This document shows, in pieces, positions 1-10,762 of a DNA stretch of 42,454 nucleotides. The first letter of the stretch is position 1. The number at the start of each line of letters is the position of its first letter. Below the pieces are notes generated by a model. That model saw only the letters and a program-made list of their open reading frames with translations. It searched no databases and was not told where the DNA came from. The stretch lies in NCBI GenBank assembly GCA_036172245.1, contig JAYWIR010000121.1, positions 62,001-104,454 on the forward strand. The letters run 5' to 3'. Source of the stretch: Raillietiella orientalis. Lineage: Eukaryota. The position numbers and the translations under genes were made by a program.

Positions 1-604
1 TAGAGTATTCAAATTAATTATGATTTGTATCGTAGTAAAATAAATTAAAAATTTATATTTAATGTTCGAATATTAATGAGTTAAATGAAACGATTGCCAT
101 ATGCAACAAAATTTGTTGAAATTTTATTCGGAGGTGATATGCTGACAGATTCATATTTCCAATTATTAATTGATAATAAATTAGGGATAAACTTGTTTTT
201 TTTGTAAATGTGATAATATTTGTAAATTACGAGCTTTAGGGTAGCTATTATAAGGTTTTTATACTGAGTTAATGTTAATTTCTAAAGTATTGCATGAATG
301 AAATATAATTCATCATAATTTATGTGAAATAATGTTTTAATTAGTAAAATGTGAAATTCAGTTGTAAAGTAAGCATATTATAAGGAATTCGGCAAAACAT
401 TGTTTCAATTGTTTCTTAAAGACATTTTTTTATGAATAATATAAGGTATGGTCTGCTCGGTGTACAATAAACAGCTGCGGTATACTGCCGTGCTGAGGCA
501 GCGCAAAAATTCGCTATTCAATTGGTAGAACGAATGAGGGATTGTAGTAAGCAAGGCTGTGTCGTTTTATGTATTTGGATTGAATGCAATAGTGGAAAAC
601 GTAT

Positions 605-1150
605 ACTGAATTTAAGAGACGAGAAGACCCTTTGGAACTCGTGTCCTTAGAGAAATTGAAAGGGAGGAACTACAATAATATTTTAATAGGATGTTATCTG
701 GGGCAGATACTGAAGAGTTTATCTTCACCCTCGTCTTTTGCGCATTCCAATATGGTAGCCAATGGCGCTCATTTTTCATTTCCTCAAAGATATCAATTTA
801 TTTCAACACATTTCATCCATTTCACCTTTATTTCTATCAATCCTACTCTCTGCAAGTATTCTTCGTCGGTTTTTTCTCCCCCGCCCCTCTACACATTCCC
901 CTCATTTCTCAGTGGAAAAAAGACCTTCCTACCAATTTCCGTCATTTCATCGGTAATTCACGCTTTTAAGTTCCAGTTTAAGCCAAGTAAATTCAAGTGT
1001 TCTCCGAACTTCAAGCGTGTATTTTCAAAGCAAATAATAACAGCTATTCAATTCGGTCAGTTGAATGAGTGCACTGACAATTTGCTGGGACTTTGCATCT
1101 CTGCATTCCAACCTGTGGTATCCGGTGTATTTCCCGATGAAATGAAATAT
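605..1150 (-). pseudogene. Possible highly decayed coding remnant with weak resemblance to a hAT transposase C-terminus
   Basis: Across shifting minus-strand frames the sequence reads ERHWLPYWNAQK and then LPQITSY*NIIVVPP...EFQRVFSSLKF, loosely like the hAT dimerisation motif W...P.L...L.IP.TS..ER.FS.LK. The spacing is imperfect and there are many stops. Confidence 0.22.
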
Positions 1151-3870
1151 TCCATCACTAAAGATCCGTAGCAAAATTCCTTTCATGCAGAAGAAGGCCT
1201 TCCAACCACCCACCACAGCTTTTCAGCTTGCCAACATTCCTCAACAGATTCTTCCATCCTCTAGCTCGGCGAAACACATCGAACAATTCAAACATCAGGA
1301 GTGTCCCTCCATTAGAGGCTTAAAAAGCCCCGGCCCATACCCTGCCACGAAAACGCACGCGAATCACGGGTGGGTTTTCGAAGCTGCCCATCCCGCACCA
1401 CATGGTCAACGGAAGGCTGGCGAGCCGCAGACGGCAGCAGCCTGGAGTTGCCGCAGGCGGCACAGCTCCTTCTGGTGCGCGAGCAGCTTCCGGGCGAGGG
1501 AACGCTTGGAGCGAACCAGCCGTTCCACCCGCTCGGAAAGCTGCGCCGCGCACCATCGCCCGTCGCAGCGCGCCCACGCTCCCACCTTCCGGCTGACGAG
1601 CCGGCGATCGCGCCTGCGGTGCGCGCGCCCACCCCTCTTCCGCGCCCCAAGCCGAGCCCGAGTACGGCGCCTCCGCTCGCCGACGCCACGGGGCGCGGTC
1701 GGAGCGCAGCCCGCACCGAAGACATACGACGACGACGCCTTCGTAGGCACTCCTGCTGCTTGCACCTGCCCGCTGCTGCCCGCTGAAAACAGCCCCTGCG
1801 ACGCGCGCACCGTCACGAACAGCGCGTCGCTACGGGCCTCCGTAGACAGCAGACTGGGTCGGGCACCAAACGCCGCCTGGAGAAGCGCCGCCTCGACGCA
1901 CGTCGACGATTCCTGCGTCCCTAAAACGAAAGGAAAGAGATTAATTTCGGCCACGGAACACGAATCTTCCGTGGCGCCCTCCGCACACCACCCTCTCCCC
2001 TCTTCGCGGCTTGCGGTCGAGCTCGTCTGAGCATCCTCGTGCTGCACCACGTACGTGGGCAAGCGGCCGAGGTGCAAGGACGAGCGCCGAGCTCGCCGTG
2101 CCCCATGCTGCTGCCAAATGCAGCGCGCATAACGCAGGACAAAACACTGTCCGCGTGCGTGCGACGCGGCCACCTGGAGCTGTTGACTGCGCCAGGCACC
2201 ACTCACGACGCCTTCCATGGCGCGCCGGTACACGCCGACCCAAATCCACTACGCCTGCATCTAAAAAAAACAGACTCGTGGCCATCGGGCAGAGCTGAAA
2301 ACGACGTGCGTCGGGCAGGACGATGAAGTGGGCGCCCGTGCCCGTCCGCTCCGTTGCCCGCTGGCAGCGTGGCTCCGATCTGGTTCGTGCGCGCTCGCTA
2401 TCGAATCGCCGAATGGACGCTTCCGCGCTGGATTCCCCATCCGCTCGGCCGCGAGCGAAGCAGCCGCACCAGTCTGCACGCTCGACCACCACCAAGCAGC
2501 GTGCGAAGAAGGCAGGACGGCGCAGGCGGCGGACGGCGTGACGTCACCGCCCGCCGGCGGCAGCCGCAGCCGCCGATCGCGCGCGCCCCGTCCCGCTCGC
2601 TCGCCGACCCCCGCGCCTCGCATCCGGCGCCGCTTGCCCATCGCAACAGCGCCCACACTACCTTCTCACTCTCCGGCGTCGCACTGCTCACTTCCTCCGA
2701 CGAACCGACAGCTGCCACACACGCGCACCAACAACAACTCACAACACAATCTTGCACAGAGAGACACAGAGAGAGAACGCACAGATGCCCGATCCGGACT
2801 CACCAAAAGCTTTCTCTCGAATGGAAAAAGAAAATTTTCATCCATTGTTGGAACGTTCGACGACGAAACAATGATGCCGGTCGTCCTGGGCAACGAGAAC
2901 CTTCCATCCGAGACGCAGAGCGCAAGAGCGGACGGGCCGGCCGGCGCAGCGGACGAGCGCCGGCCGGCCGCAGCCGCACTGGCCGGCCGCTGCCCGAGGC
3001 AGCACGCACGGCGCCTGGCGAACGCGGAAGCGCGCGCTCCGACGGCGCCCATGCCGCCAAGCGCCACTGTTCCGTGCAGGCACAAAAGCTTGGCAGGCGG
3101 CCGCCACAGGGGACTGCTCTCTTCGCACCTGTCGCGTCGCACCCACCGTCTATTTCCAAACATTGCAAAACAGCCATCCGTTCCGTACAGCCGCGCGAAC
3201 GCATGTCCTATAGCAATTTCGCATACACCGATCAGCACACTTTCCAATCAGCGTGTACTTTCTCCTTTCCGTACGCTATCAGCACGAGACGCGGGCTGCG
3301 GGCAACCTGGACATGCTCCCATCAAAATGGACATTCGAACAGCAAACTGCAAACATCGATGCCCAGCAGTTCGCATCACTTTCCGTCTTCAGATACCTAC
3401 CGAACAAAGTGCACACGGCACACATTCCACTTGTCCACACCAAAATTGTCGGCACCCACGTTCTGCTGTGCAAATAGGCAAATGTGCGTGGCTGTCCATG
3501 TACCCAGAATGCCAGCCATGCGAATGCAACTCCAGCTTATCACCATCCACGGAAACGTGTTCGCGGGACTGCTCCACTATCCAGGAACGAAGAATATCCA
3601 GGAACGTTTCGTGTTTGCAGCATACAATGTTGAAAAGCTTTGTGTGCGTACGTACTCATGTATGTGCGTATATCCTCCCATATTCCTGTCCATCCGCTAC
3701 TCTCTATCGACACGTGGAAACAACACTAATGGGAAGATGGACGGAAGCAAACATCGATACGGACATACACACTCACCTATGTATTGAACATCAGCATGCA
3801 CACGTTTTCGGAACGGAATGGGAACTTGGGGGTGCACTGATCTGGGTATGGAAACGGAACAACAGACACA

Positions 3871-3902
3871 ATGCATGCATGCATGCATATATGTATGTAT
3901 GC
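3871..3902. repeat. Short compound microsatellite (ATGC)4 / (ATGT)n
   Basis: atgcatgcatgcatgcatatatgtatgtatgc, seen directly. Confidence 0.8.
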
Positions 3903-4289
3903 GTTGTTCGCAATCCGAAGGAAGTACGCCCATGTGTGCGTGAGCGTGAGCATCGGCGCCCACGAATTACGGTGGACATCGCAATAGAGAGAAGGTTGCA
4001 ATTTCAGTGAAACTGCAATGTGATGTTCCAATAGGGACGTGGCAAAGTGAGTGCCGTACAGTTCGCCTGATGTGAGTCAACCACCATCAATGTACACATG
4101 GAGACATAACAACCTGTTTGACTTGCACTCGAATCCCGAGCAGGAATGCACGTATCCTCGCAAGCTGCTCAACCTGTATGCCGTGCATCTTCAGATTCGT
4201 ATGAAAAGATGCGCTTGTGCACGCACTTGCATAGTGCATGCATTCGCATTACTATTCCCGGCATGCTATGTACATCTCGAATTGTTGAA

Positions 4290-5215
4290 CATGAACGATT
4301 TCTGGATACAATACAATCAATGGAAATTTCGCTTCAACAGGAGCGTCGGTCCACGGCGCGACGTTTGCACGGGTCCACCAAGTGGCAATGGTGGCCACGA
4401 AAGACGTGCAGGCAGCATGGTTTGAGAGAGGAAGAAAAAGATGGGAGAGCGCGTGTGAGGGTATCTTTTTCGCTAGCATGTACGCCTGCTTCTCCTTGCT
4501 GCTAGCCCATGCGTACACCTCCTTTCCGTCCCATCGTTTGGAATGGCTGTCAGCAGAAACCTTTGGAGCTCTGAATCGCTACCTTGGAAGAGCAACTGCT
4601 CCGCAAACCGCTGGGAAATACGCTGCAGCACTGGTCGCAGTGGTCCCGGTTAGCCGTCTCACGCCCGACTGTAGCGCCGTCTGCCCTCAGGTCCAACAAC
4701 GACAGTGTCCAACCGACTGGGTGAATGTTCTCCTCCAACCTTGCTAGAGTCGAACAACTCTTCAATGGCTGAAAACGAGCGAGCTGGTGAACGCGTCCAC
4801 TCCTGGATCCCGGTCAAATGGATTGCTTCGGTGGAGTGAGCTTCTCGGAGTGGCCCCCGAAGAGCTTGTGGTCTCTTCTCTCTGGATGGACACCTTCGTG
4901 CACCCGCTTCGTTGGATACATGAAGTTCTGCGGTTTTCGCACTGGGGATTCCAGTGCAATCAGAGAAGACACCTGGATTCTGGGGGAGCGGCGTCCCCAA
5001 GCCGGTTCGGGTGCAGGGTGATGGAATCGCTTCCGCTCCTACCTTTCGATTGCAGTGAGCTGCATGATTTGTGCCGGAGACTCGCCACGGCTCTCCGTCA
5101 CCGCCAACACACTGCTATCAACCTGCTGCTGCGCTTCTTGAGCGAAGCCGCACTCAAAAAGGGCACCCGGATGCGCCGGATCGTTTGTTCCTCTTGCAGG
5201 AATCGAAGGAGATAA
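4290..5215 (+). mobile_element. Decayed non-LTR retrotransposon (L1/Tx1-like) ORF2 C-terminal fragment with a degenerate zf-RVT domain
   Basis: ORFs 4382-4747 and 4787-5215 share one frame, separated by a TAG. The peptide LWMDTFVHPLRWIHEVLRFSHWGFQCNQRRHLDSGGAASPSRFGCRVMESLPLLPFDCSELHDLC aligns without gaps to the clearer zf-RVT copy at 5595-5888(-). Upstream, RRDVCTGPPSGNGG (~4355-4396, another frame) weakly recalls the post-RT P..GGLG motif. The left boundary is uncertain. This is motif recognition by eye only. Confidence 0.7.
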
Positions 5216-6060
5216 TAATTCCCATTATCCCATTAGGAAAAAAAGAGGGGGAGCCGGCGATATCCATCACGTACACGAAGGGGAAGGAGGATGAGTCAAA
5301 ATTCCAACAAAAGCGAAAGCAACCACAAACAGCGAAAATGAACAAAACAACAACAGCAACACAAATCGCTCAAACAAAAAGAATAATTCGGGGGAAGGGA
5401 AGGGATCACTTTTCACGATGGATAAATCCTGTGCATCCGTAGAAGGTTGCCGGCGAGCTCCTACTTCTCCCTTTGAAGGTGGGGCCACCTCAAGACTATC
5501 TGCAGGAAGCTGCTGGCGTGTCGTGCAAGGCAGCCCCCCAATCGCTACGGCCTCTCTCGGTGTCGCACTTTGCCTCGGCGACACTGCGCTCACGTCACAG
5601 CGCCGCGATTGCGGGCGTCACGGCGTATCGCACGAAGAGAGGCCTCAAAGAGCCTCTGGAATCGTCCTCGGGGTGCAGAAGTAGCGCGGAGAAACGTGCC
5701 CACACTTCCTGGAGGGCGACACACCGCACTACGAGGTGGGGGAATGTGTCCTTCTCTCCACACCTGGTACAGTTCGGCGATGCGCTTTCCCTCGTCCAGT
5801 GTTGCTGGCGCGCATTGCACGGAAGACCCCAGTGCTGTACCAGTAGCGCCGATCGCTGCCACAGGAGGGGAAAAGCCCTTCCATCCATAAACAGGGGAGG
5901 TGGAGTGGCGAGGGGGAGGCACTTTCAACTCTTCTGGCTGAAAGGGGAAGAGTTCGATCGAAGTTCTAGTTCTTCGGAGACGGTTCTTGTTGTTGTCGCG
6001 TCAAAGGGCGCTCATTTCCTACATTTGTATCTTTCCGATATGTTTGTCACTCTGTGAATG
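5200..6060 (-). mobile_element. Decayed L1/Tx1-like LINE 3' end: ORF2 zf-RVT (CX2CX7HX4C) plus a T-rich 3' UTR-like tract
   Basis: The minus-strand peptide VQHWGLPCNARQQHWTRESASPNCTRCGEKDTFPHLVVRCVALQEVW...IAAL*RER matches the established zf-RVT pattern H..LP...R...C..CG..(E/D)T..HL...C......W, followed by W.ER with W mutated to TGA. Bases 5200-5410 read as T/pyrimidine-rich on the minus strand. The 5' extent is unknown. Confidence 0.82.
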
Positions 6061-8130
6061 GTTATCACATGGCTCTTCTGCTTCTGCACTTGGAGTCTTG
6101 AACTCGCTCTGCCCTTGCTTCATAGTCGCTTTCCGAACGCCACAGGCCATTCTGGAAACCAATGGATAGAGTAAGGTGACCACGCAACCCTGCGGATGTC
6201 TATCCGCTTTTCCCGCTGTTTCCATTTCCTCTCTTCCCTTCCTTCTTCCATTTTCATTTCCAGTTGTGAGTTCAGGCAATGCTGGCACGTTTCTCCAGTC
6301 GTATGGTCGCCCTTCGAGTAGACAAGAGGTTGCCTACTCCTCAGCACACTGAGCATGTACACCCTTAGCACTTTACGCAAATTCTTCTTTCTTGATGGTA
6401 GCAATAGCCACATTCCAAGACCGACGACATGCACTCTCTTTCCTCTGCTTGCGAGTTCGCTCAATGGCATCGCGGGAATTCCGTTTCGGCTGAATGTGTG
6501 GAAACGCAGGGACTTTTCAGCGCCTCGGAAATACAAACTTGATACAGCCGTTGTTCTGTCGAATTCTACACCGTCCCTGCCATTTCGGCAACACGAGAGA
6601 CAAGTACACTTTTTTTGTTCCACCCCGGAAAAAGAGCTAAGGCAGTGGATTCGAAATCGATTATTGGTTCGCTCTTCCCAATGTCCACTGTTACCTCTGC
6701 TTGTCTTTTGCTTTATGTTCTGCCTCCTCTGAAGGCTCACTCATGCTGGAGAGTGTGAAGAAGCTTACTCCCACGAAGCTTGTGAAGTGCTTCGAAACCG
6801 TATGTGCTCTCCAGCTGCTCTCTGGCACAACCATAACGCGATATGCGTTGGCATGCGCCGAAGGATTGGAAGCACCAACGAGAAAATTAAGAGATCGCCA
6901 TCTCCTTCTTCGCACGAATTCCATGTTGATCCATGGGATGAGCATGCTTGCCCCACTACTCGAAAATAGCGTTGCAGCAATGCGTTCCCGCATACCGTCT
7001 CGACTGCATTCCCGAAAGAACAATCGCTTCCGATAGCGCAATGGGTGCTGGCAGGGAATGAAGACTGCATCGGAGGATTCAGCGCTCACGCGTGCTGGTG
7101 CACGCGAGCAGTGGTGCTGTGCACAGGCTTCCGCTTCCATCGCATCCGCATTGCTGAGCTGTTCTTCAATGCCGCCATCCTGAAGTGTTTGCAGCGTATG
7201 TTTTGTTCGCTGCATTGGCGGACTTACTGTTGCATTTGCCATCGAAATACTGTGCTTCTACTCACAGTATAAGCTTCTGCAATGTGCGATTATAAAGGAA
7301 TCACTGACTAAGAGATAGCCCAATCGAAGCATGCAGGCATTTTACGCAGAATTGCGGATGTACTTTGCGCATGAGCAGTATCGCCGCCGAGGAAGTCCTG
7401 TGAGGAGCCATTAATGGCAGGAGGAAGCTCTACCGAATATCCCGCCTGAAGAGCTTCCAATACCGCTTCCGATTCAATTTTTGTGTTCGTCGAGTGGTCA
7501 AAAACTCAGCGATAAACAGATACGTGACAGTGATCAACAAAGTGACTCCATCAACCTTTATCTAGTGCATTGAGTTTAGCAGCACCACGGTGGAGGACCC
7601 GTAATCCCCTAGCAGCGGAGAACTCTTTGTCCGCCGGAAGGATGCGGGAAGAGATGAAGCCCTGGCCGGCGTCACATCAACAGATAAAGATAACGGCGGG
7701 TGAGATTACAGCTTCTCCGCACGTGTTGTAGGCTGCAGTGCTTTCGTCGCAGCCTACCAACCCCCACGTGGCGTGGAAGGTAACGACCGCTCCAGCATTT
7801 TTCTTGGCTTCAGTGGCGCAGGCGTTTCCGTTCGCGGCGGTGGCAGCTCTAAATAGCAACATCCAGCCACTTAAGATATACGGAAAGGCGGAGTCAATGG
7901 TTCTCCTCGAAGTGCCCAATCTGATGGCTCCATTAAAAGTAGACGTCCGAATAATCAGGTTTAGGACGGGACTGCTCCGCGTCCACAACATCCTCTTCGT
8001 TTTCTTCGCCTTCTATGAGGCGAACGTAAACTCAGACACAGCTCAGGAGATAATTCCCTGTGCCAGTGGTTTCAGCATCCACACGAAATCCGCGCGGATG
8101 CCCTGATCGAGAGGGTCATCAACCTTAAGA

Positions 8131-9064
8131 GCAGAATGTTGCCAGGTATCTATCACTATTGCGCACGTCGCGGGAATATCGGACTGAGCTCAACAAGATG
8201 TATGGAGATATCTTGCCAAGTTCGGCGAAATTTAACAAGTAGCATTTCGCAACCTTCTAGGCAAAGTTTCCTCCGGCAAGGGCGTCGCCAAAATGACTCT
8301 AGCGGAAGGTGCCCAACTTCCCTGAGTTCCCGTCATTGATGTTCAGTCGCAGGAAGTTCTCGTTCGGTAGAGCCAATCGCCTGTACGGAGCCTTCTGCAC
8401 CGAATGTAAGAGTTTCAGGCATCGTGTGGCGATGCGTTCCATAGCATGTAGCCACCGATGCCGCAAACAGGGACACCTGGTCCGAGAGTACCCTCAGCCG
8501 AAATCATATTCTTCAGCAAGCTCTCTCGCCTCAAGTGGACTTGTAAAACATACGCGTTCTGGTGCGGAATATCTGGGCTCTCTCGCTTGCAGGGGGAACA
8601 CGCAAGGAGGCTGAAGAGCCGAAGAAGCTGGCGGAGAAGGCGGAGTGTGTAAAGGAAGCCGCACCGATTCCGGAAGACGGCTTCCAGGAAATCAGGCAGA
8701 AGAAGAGAAAAAGGAGAATGCACCTCCAAGGGCAGCAATCCTCCGGATAAAGGTGAAAACCGCCGAGAACCCCAAAATGAAAGTGGTAGAGCCCACACCG
8801 GAGAGGCAGGAAACCTTGCAGATAGTCGAGGAACTGGCTCAGCTACGTGATGAAGTTTGAATTGGAACGACGAGTGAGAAACATGAGCATCTCCGGCGCT
8901 GCATCTGCGGTGTCCAGGAGAACATTACTACCATCGTGGTAGAAGTCTCCCAGCGCAACAAGCTGGAGAGCGAATTGCTGGACGTGAAGTCCGAATTCCG
9001 TGCGGTGGTGAGTCTCGGAACGTGGTCTCAACAGGTCGAGGAGACTGGCTTTACCTACCTCTGA
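8131..9064 (+). mobile_element. Decayed L1/Tx1-like LINE ORF1 (RRM-like region plus two CCHC zinc knuckles)
   Basis: The frame from 8131 reads VSITIAHVAGISD*AQQDVWRYLAKFGEI*QVAFRNLLGKVSSGKGVAKMTLAEGAQLP (RRM-like). After a frameshift come CTECKSFRHRVAM[R=cgt] (from 8396) and [S=agc]HRCRKQGHLVRE[Y=tac]P. Each bracketed codon is one base from a Cys codon, which restores two CX2CX4HX4C knuckles. PKSYSSA and EDGFQEIRQKKRKRR follow, both typical of LINE ORF1 tails. There are multiple stops and frameshifts. Bases 7600-8130 may belong to the same element. Confidence 0.8.
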
Positions 9065-10386
9065 GAGCACGAGAGCGACGCTGGAGGCGACACCACCTCT
9101 GCTTGGAAATCGCAACGGTTTCTTGGTAGAACGCAAGCACTATCTCTCATCGAGCTCTCTCATCCAGCCAACAAGCTTTTGGTGCAGCGATTTTTACTAG
9201 CAGCCTTGTGGAAAATATTAGCAGCTGTGTTGCTGCTGTGCTGACTGGGGATCGCTGCTGCAGACTGCTACTAGGAAGAAATTAGTGATGCTTAATATTT
9301 GTTCTGTATTGTACATGCTTGAAACGAAGTGTTTTAGATGCCCATTCTGGTGTCGTCTCACATTAACGGCAAGGCAACGAAGAGGAAGGAAAGAGGTGAG
9401 GAAACGTACGAGGTGGCAGCGCAGCAGACGAAGCACAAACTTTCCCCCTACCTCATTGGTTTTGATGAACATTCCTATTTTCTGGCCAACTACAATTCAT
9501 CTGCGGGTCAAGCAGATTCTATATGGCTCTTTCTGGCTGGAAACCATGATCTTGCTAGATCGCTGTTGCAATTGGAGCTCGATCAGACTGATTGAAAACA
9601 TTAAAAAAAAAAAAGAGGACATACATTACTCAGCTAAGAAATTGGTGCGAAATTCAATTCAAAAGCTGAAAATCTTTCCAAACTATACTTCGTATGCTCT
9701 GAATCAAATCATGATCACGTTTACGCAAGCGACCTGTAGTTGACACGAAACCACTAATTCGTGCATGTTTTGTAGAATTTATTGATGACATGTTGGTTTC
9801 AAAAAATAATGTTCCTCGAAGTGTTTTCAACACAGTAATGAAAAAATAAAGAATCATAATGAAAAAAGAAAAAAAACAGGGATAATGAAAGAAATTCAGA
9901 GAATCATAGCCATTAATTAACAATACAACTAGTCGGCCAAAACAGCCATAAAAAGAAATACAAAATACACAGGAAAAGAAATAATCACAGGTAATTAGTT
10001 TACAACATCACCGAAGAAGACAATGAAAAATAATAACACACGGCTATTTTTCAGACAAAAGTCATGTATGATCAACTAGGATTGTACTCCCACTAAGGAA
10101 ACCATCCTAACATAACGTCCAACCAAGAAAGATGTTCAAGCATATAACCCACAGTGAAGGAAACTTTGGGTTCAGTGCGGAATTCGAGTGAAAAAAGGAT
10201 TCGCTAGCAATTGATGCAAACTTGGAAATAAGTGAACATACTTTTCTGTCTTTTAAAGAAAATTACAGACCACGCTAAAAGAGTAGTGTGCTTATGTTTA
10301 GGTTTGCAACTCCTAGGAAAACATACATGCAGGAACAACATTATTAAAACTACGAAGTTTTCGAAAATCATTTTTGCTTATTAATT

Positions 10387-10482
10387 AAAGAAATTGAATA
10401 AAGACTGACACACAAACAGTTAGCAGGACTTAGCAAAGAAATTGAATAAAGACTGGAACGCCAGCAGTTGGCAGGATATAGC
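10387..10482. repeat. Two-copy imperfect 48-bp tandem duplication
   Basis: aaagaaattgaataaagactgacacacaaacagttagcaggacttagc (10387-10434) is followed by aaagaaattgaataaagactggaacgccagcagttggcaggatatagc (10435-10482). The first 21 nt are identical. Confidence 0.9.
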
Positions 10483-10762
10483 AACTTATACTTGATTGTT
10501 TGTTATTACCTATGGAAACTTTTCGTTCACTTTAACGATCTGAAAATGTTTGTTTTCTCCATTTAATATTGCAAAAAATAGTCGTCTTACTCACTTCGAA
10601 ATTTTTACATCGTAAGCTTGAAAAAAAAACAGCACCATTTCATGTTATATTTTCAGTATTTCACTTTGCTTTTTTCTTCAATATTTCGAATTCCATCGTC
10701 CGCTCTTGATTCTTCTCTGATTTCTCTGGAGAACATCCTCCGCAGGGAGCTGATGATCTCCT

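Noticed and set aside
1395..1470. CAACG...SVDHVV on the minus strand as an HNH endonuclease
   Set aside because: The downstream Asn and C..CN/H residues of the HNH fold are missing, so this is likely chance in GC-rich DNA.
1950..1975. 9-bp hairpin GCCACGGAA-8nt-TTCCGTGGC as a terminator
   Set aside because: The inverted repeat is real, but it is isolated in eukaryotic GC-rich DNA with no associated gene. One such stem is unremarkable.
2328..4010. 560-aa and 477-aa overlapping ORFs as genes
   Set aside because: They have low-complexity Arg/Ala/Pro composition typical of GC-rich shadow frames, run through microsatellite-like CA/TG-rich sequence, and show no recognisable domain.
4575..4640. 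RATAPQTAGKYAAAL as a DIRS/VIPER tyrosine-recombinase N-terminus
   Set aside because: No R...HxxR...Y catalytic motifs follow, and the same frame leads into a zf-RVT homologue, which favours LINE ORF2.
7320..7500. VLEALQAGYSVELPP (minus strand) as a DIRS-type RT N-terminus
   Set aside because: No RT core motifs follow in the frames I read.
9285..9743. ORFs 9285-9743 and 9338-9595 as host exons
   Set aside because: An acceptor-like TTTTAG precedes 9338, but there is no recognisable protein similarity or coherent gene model.
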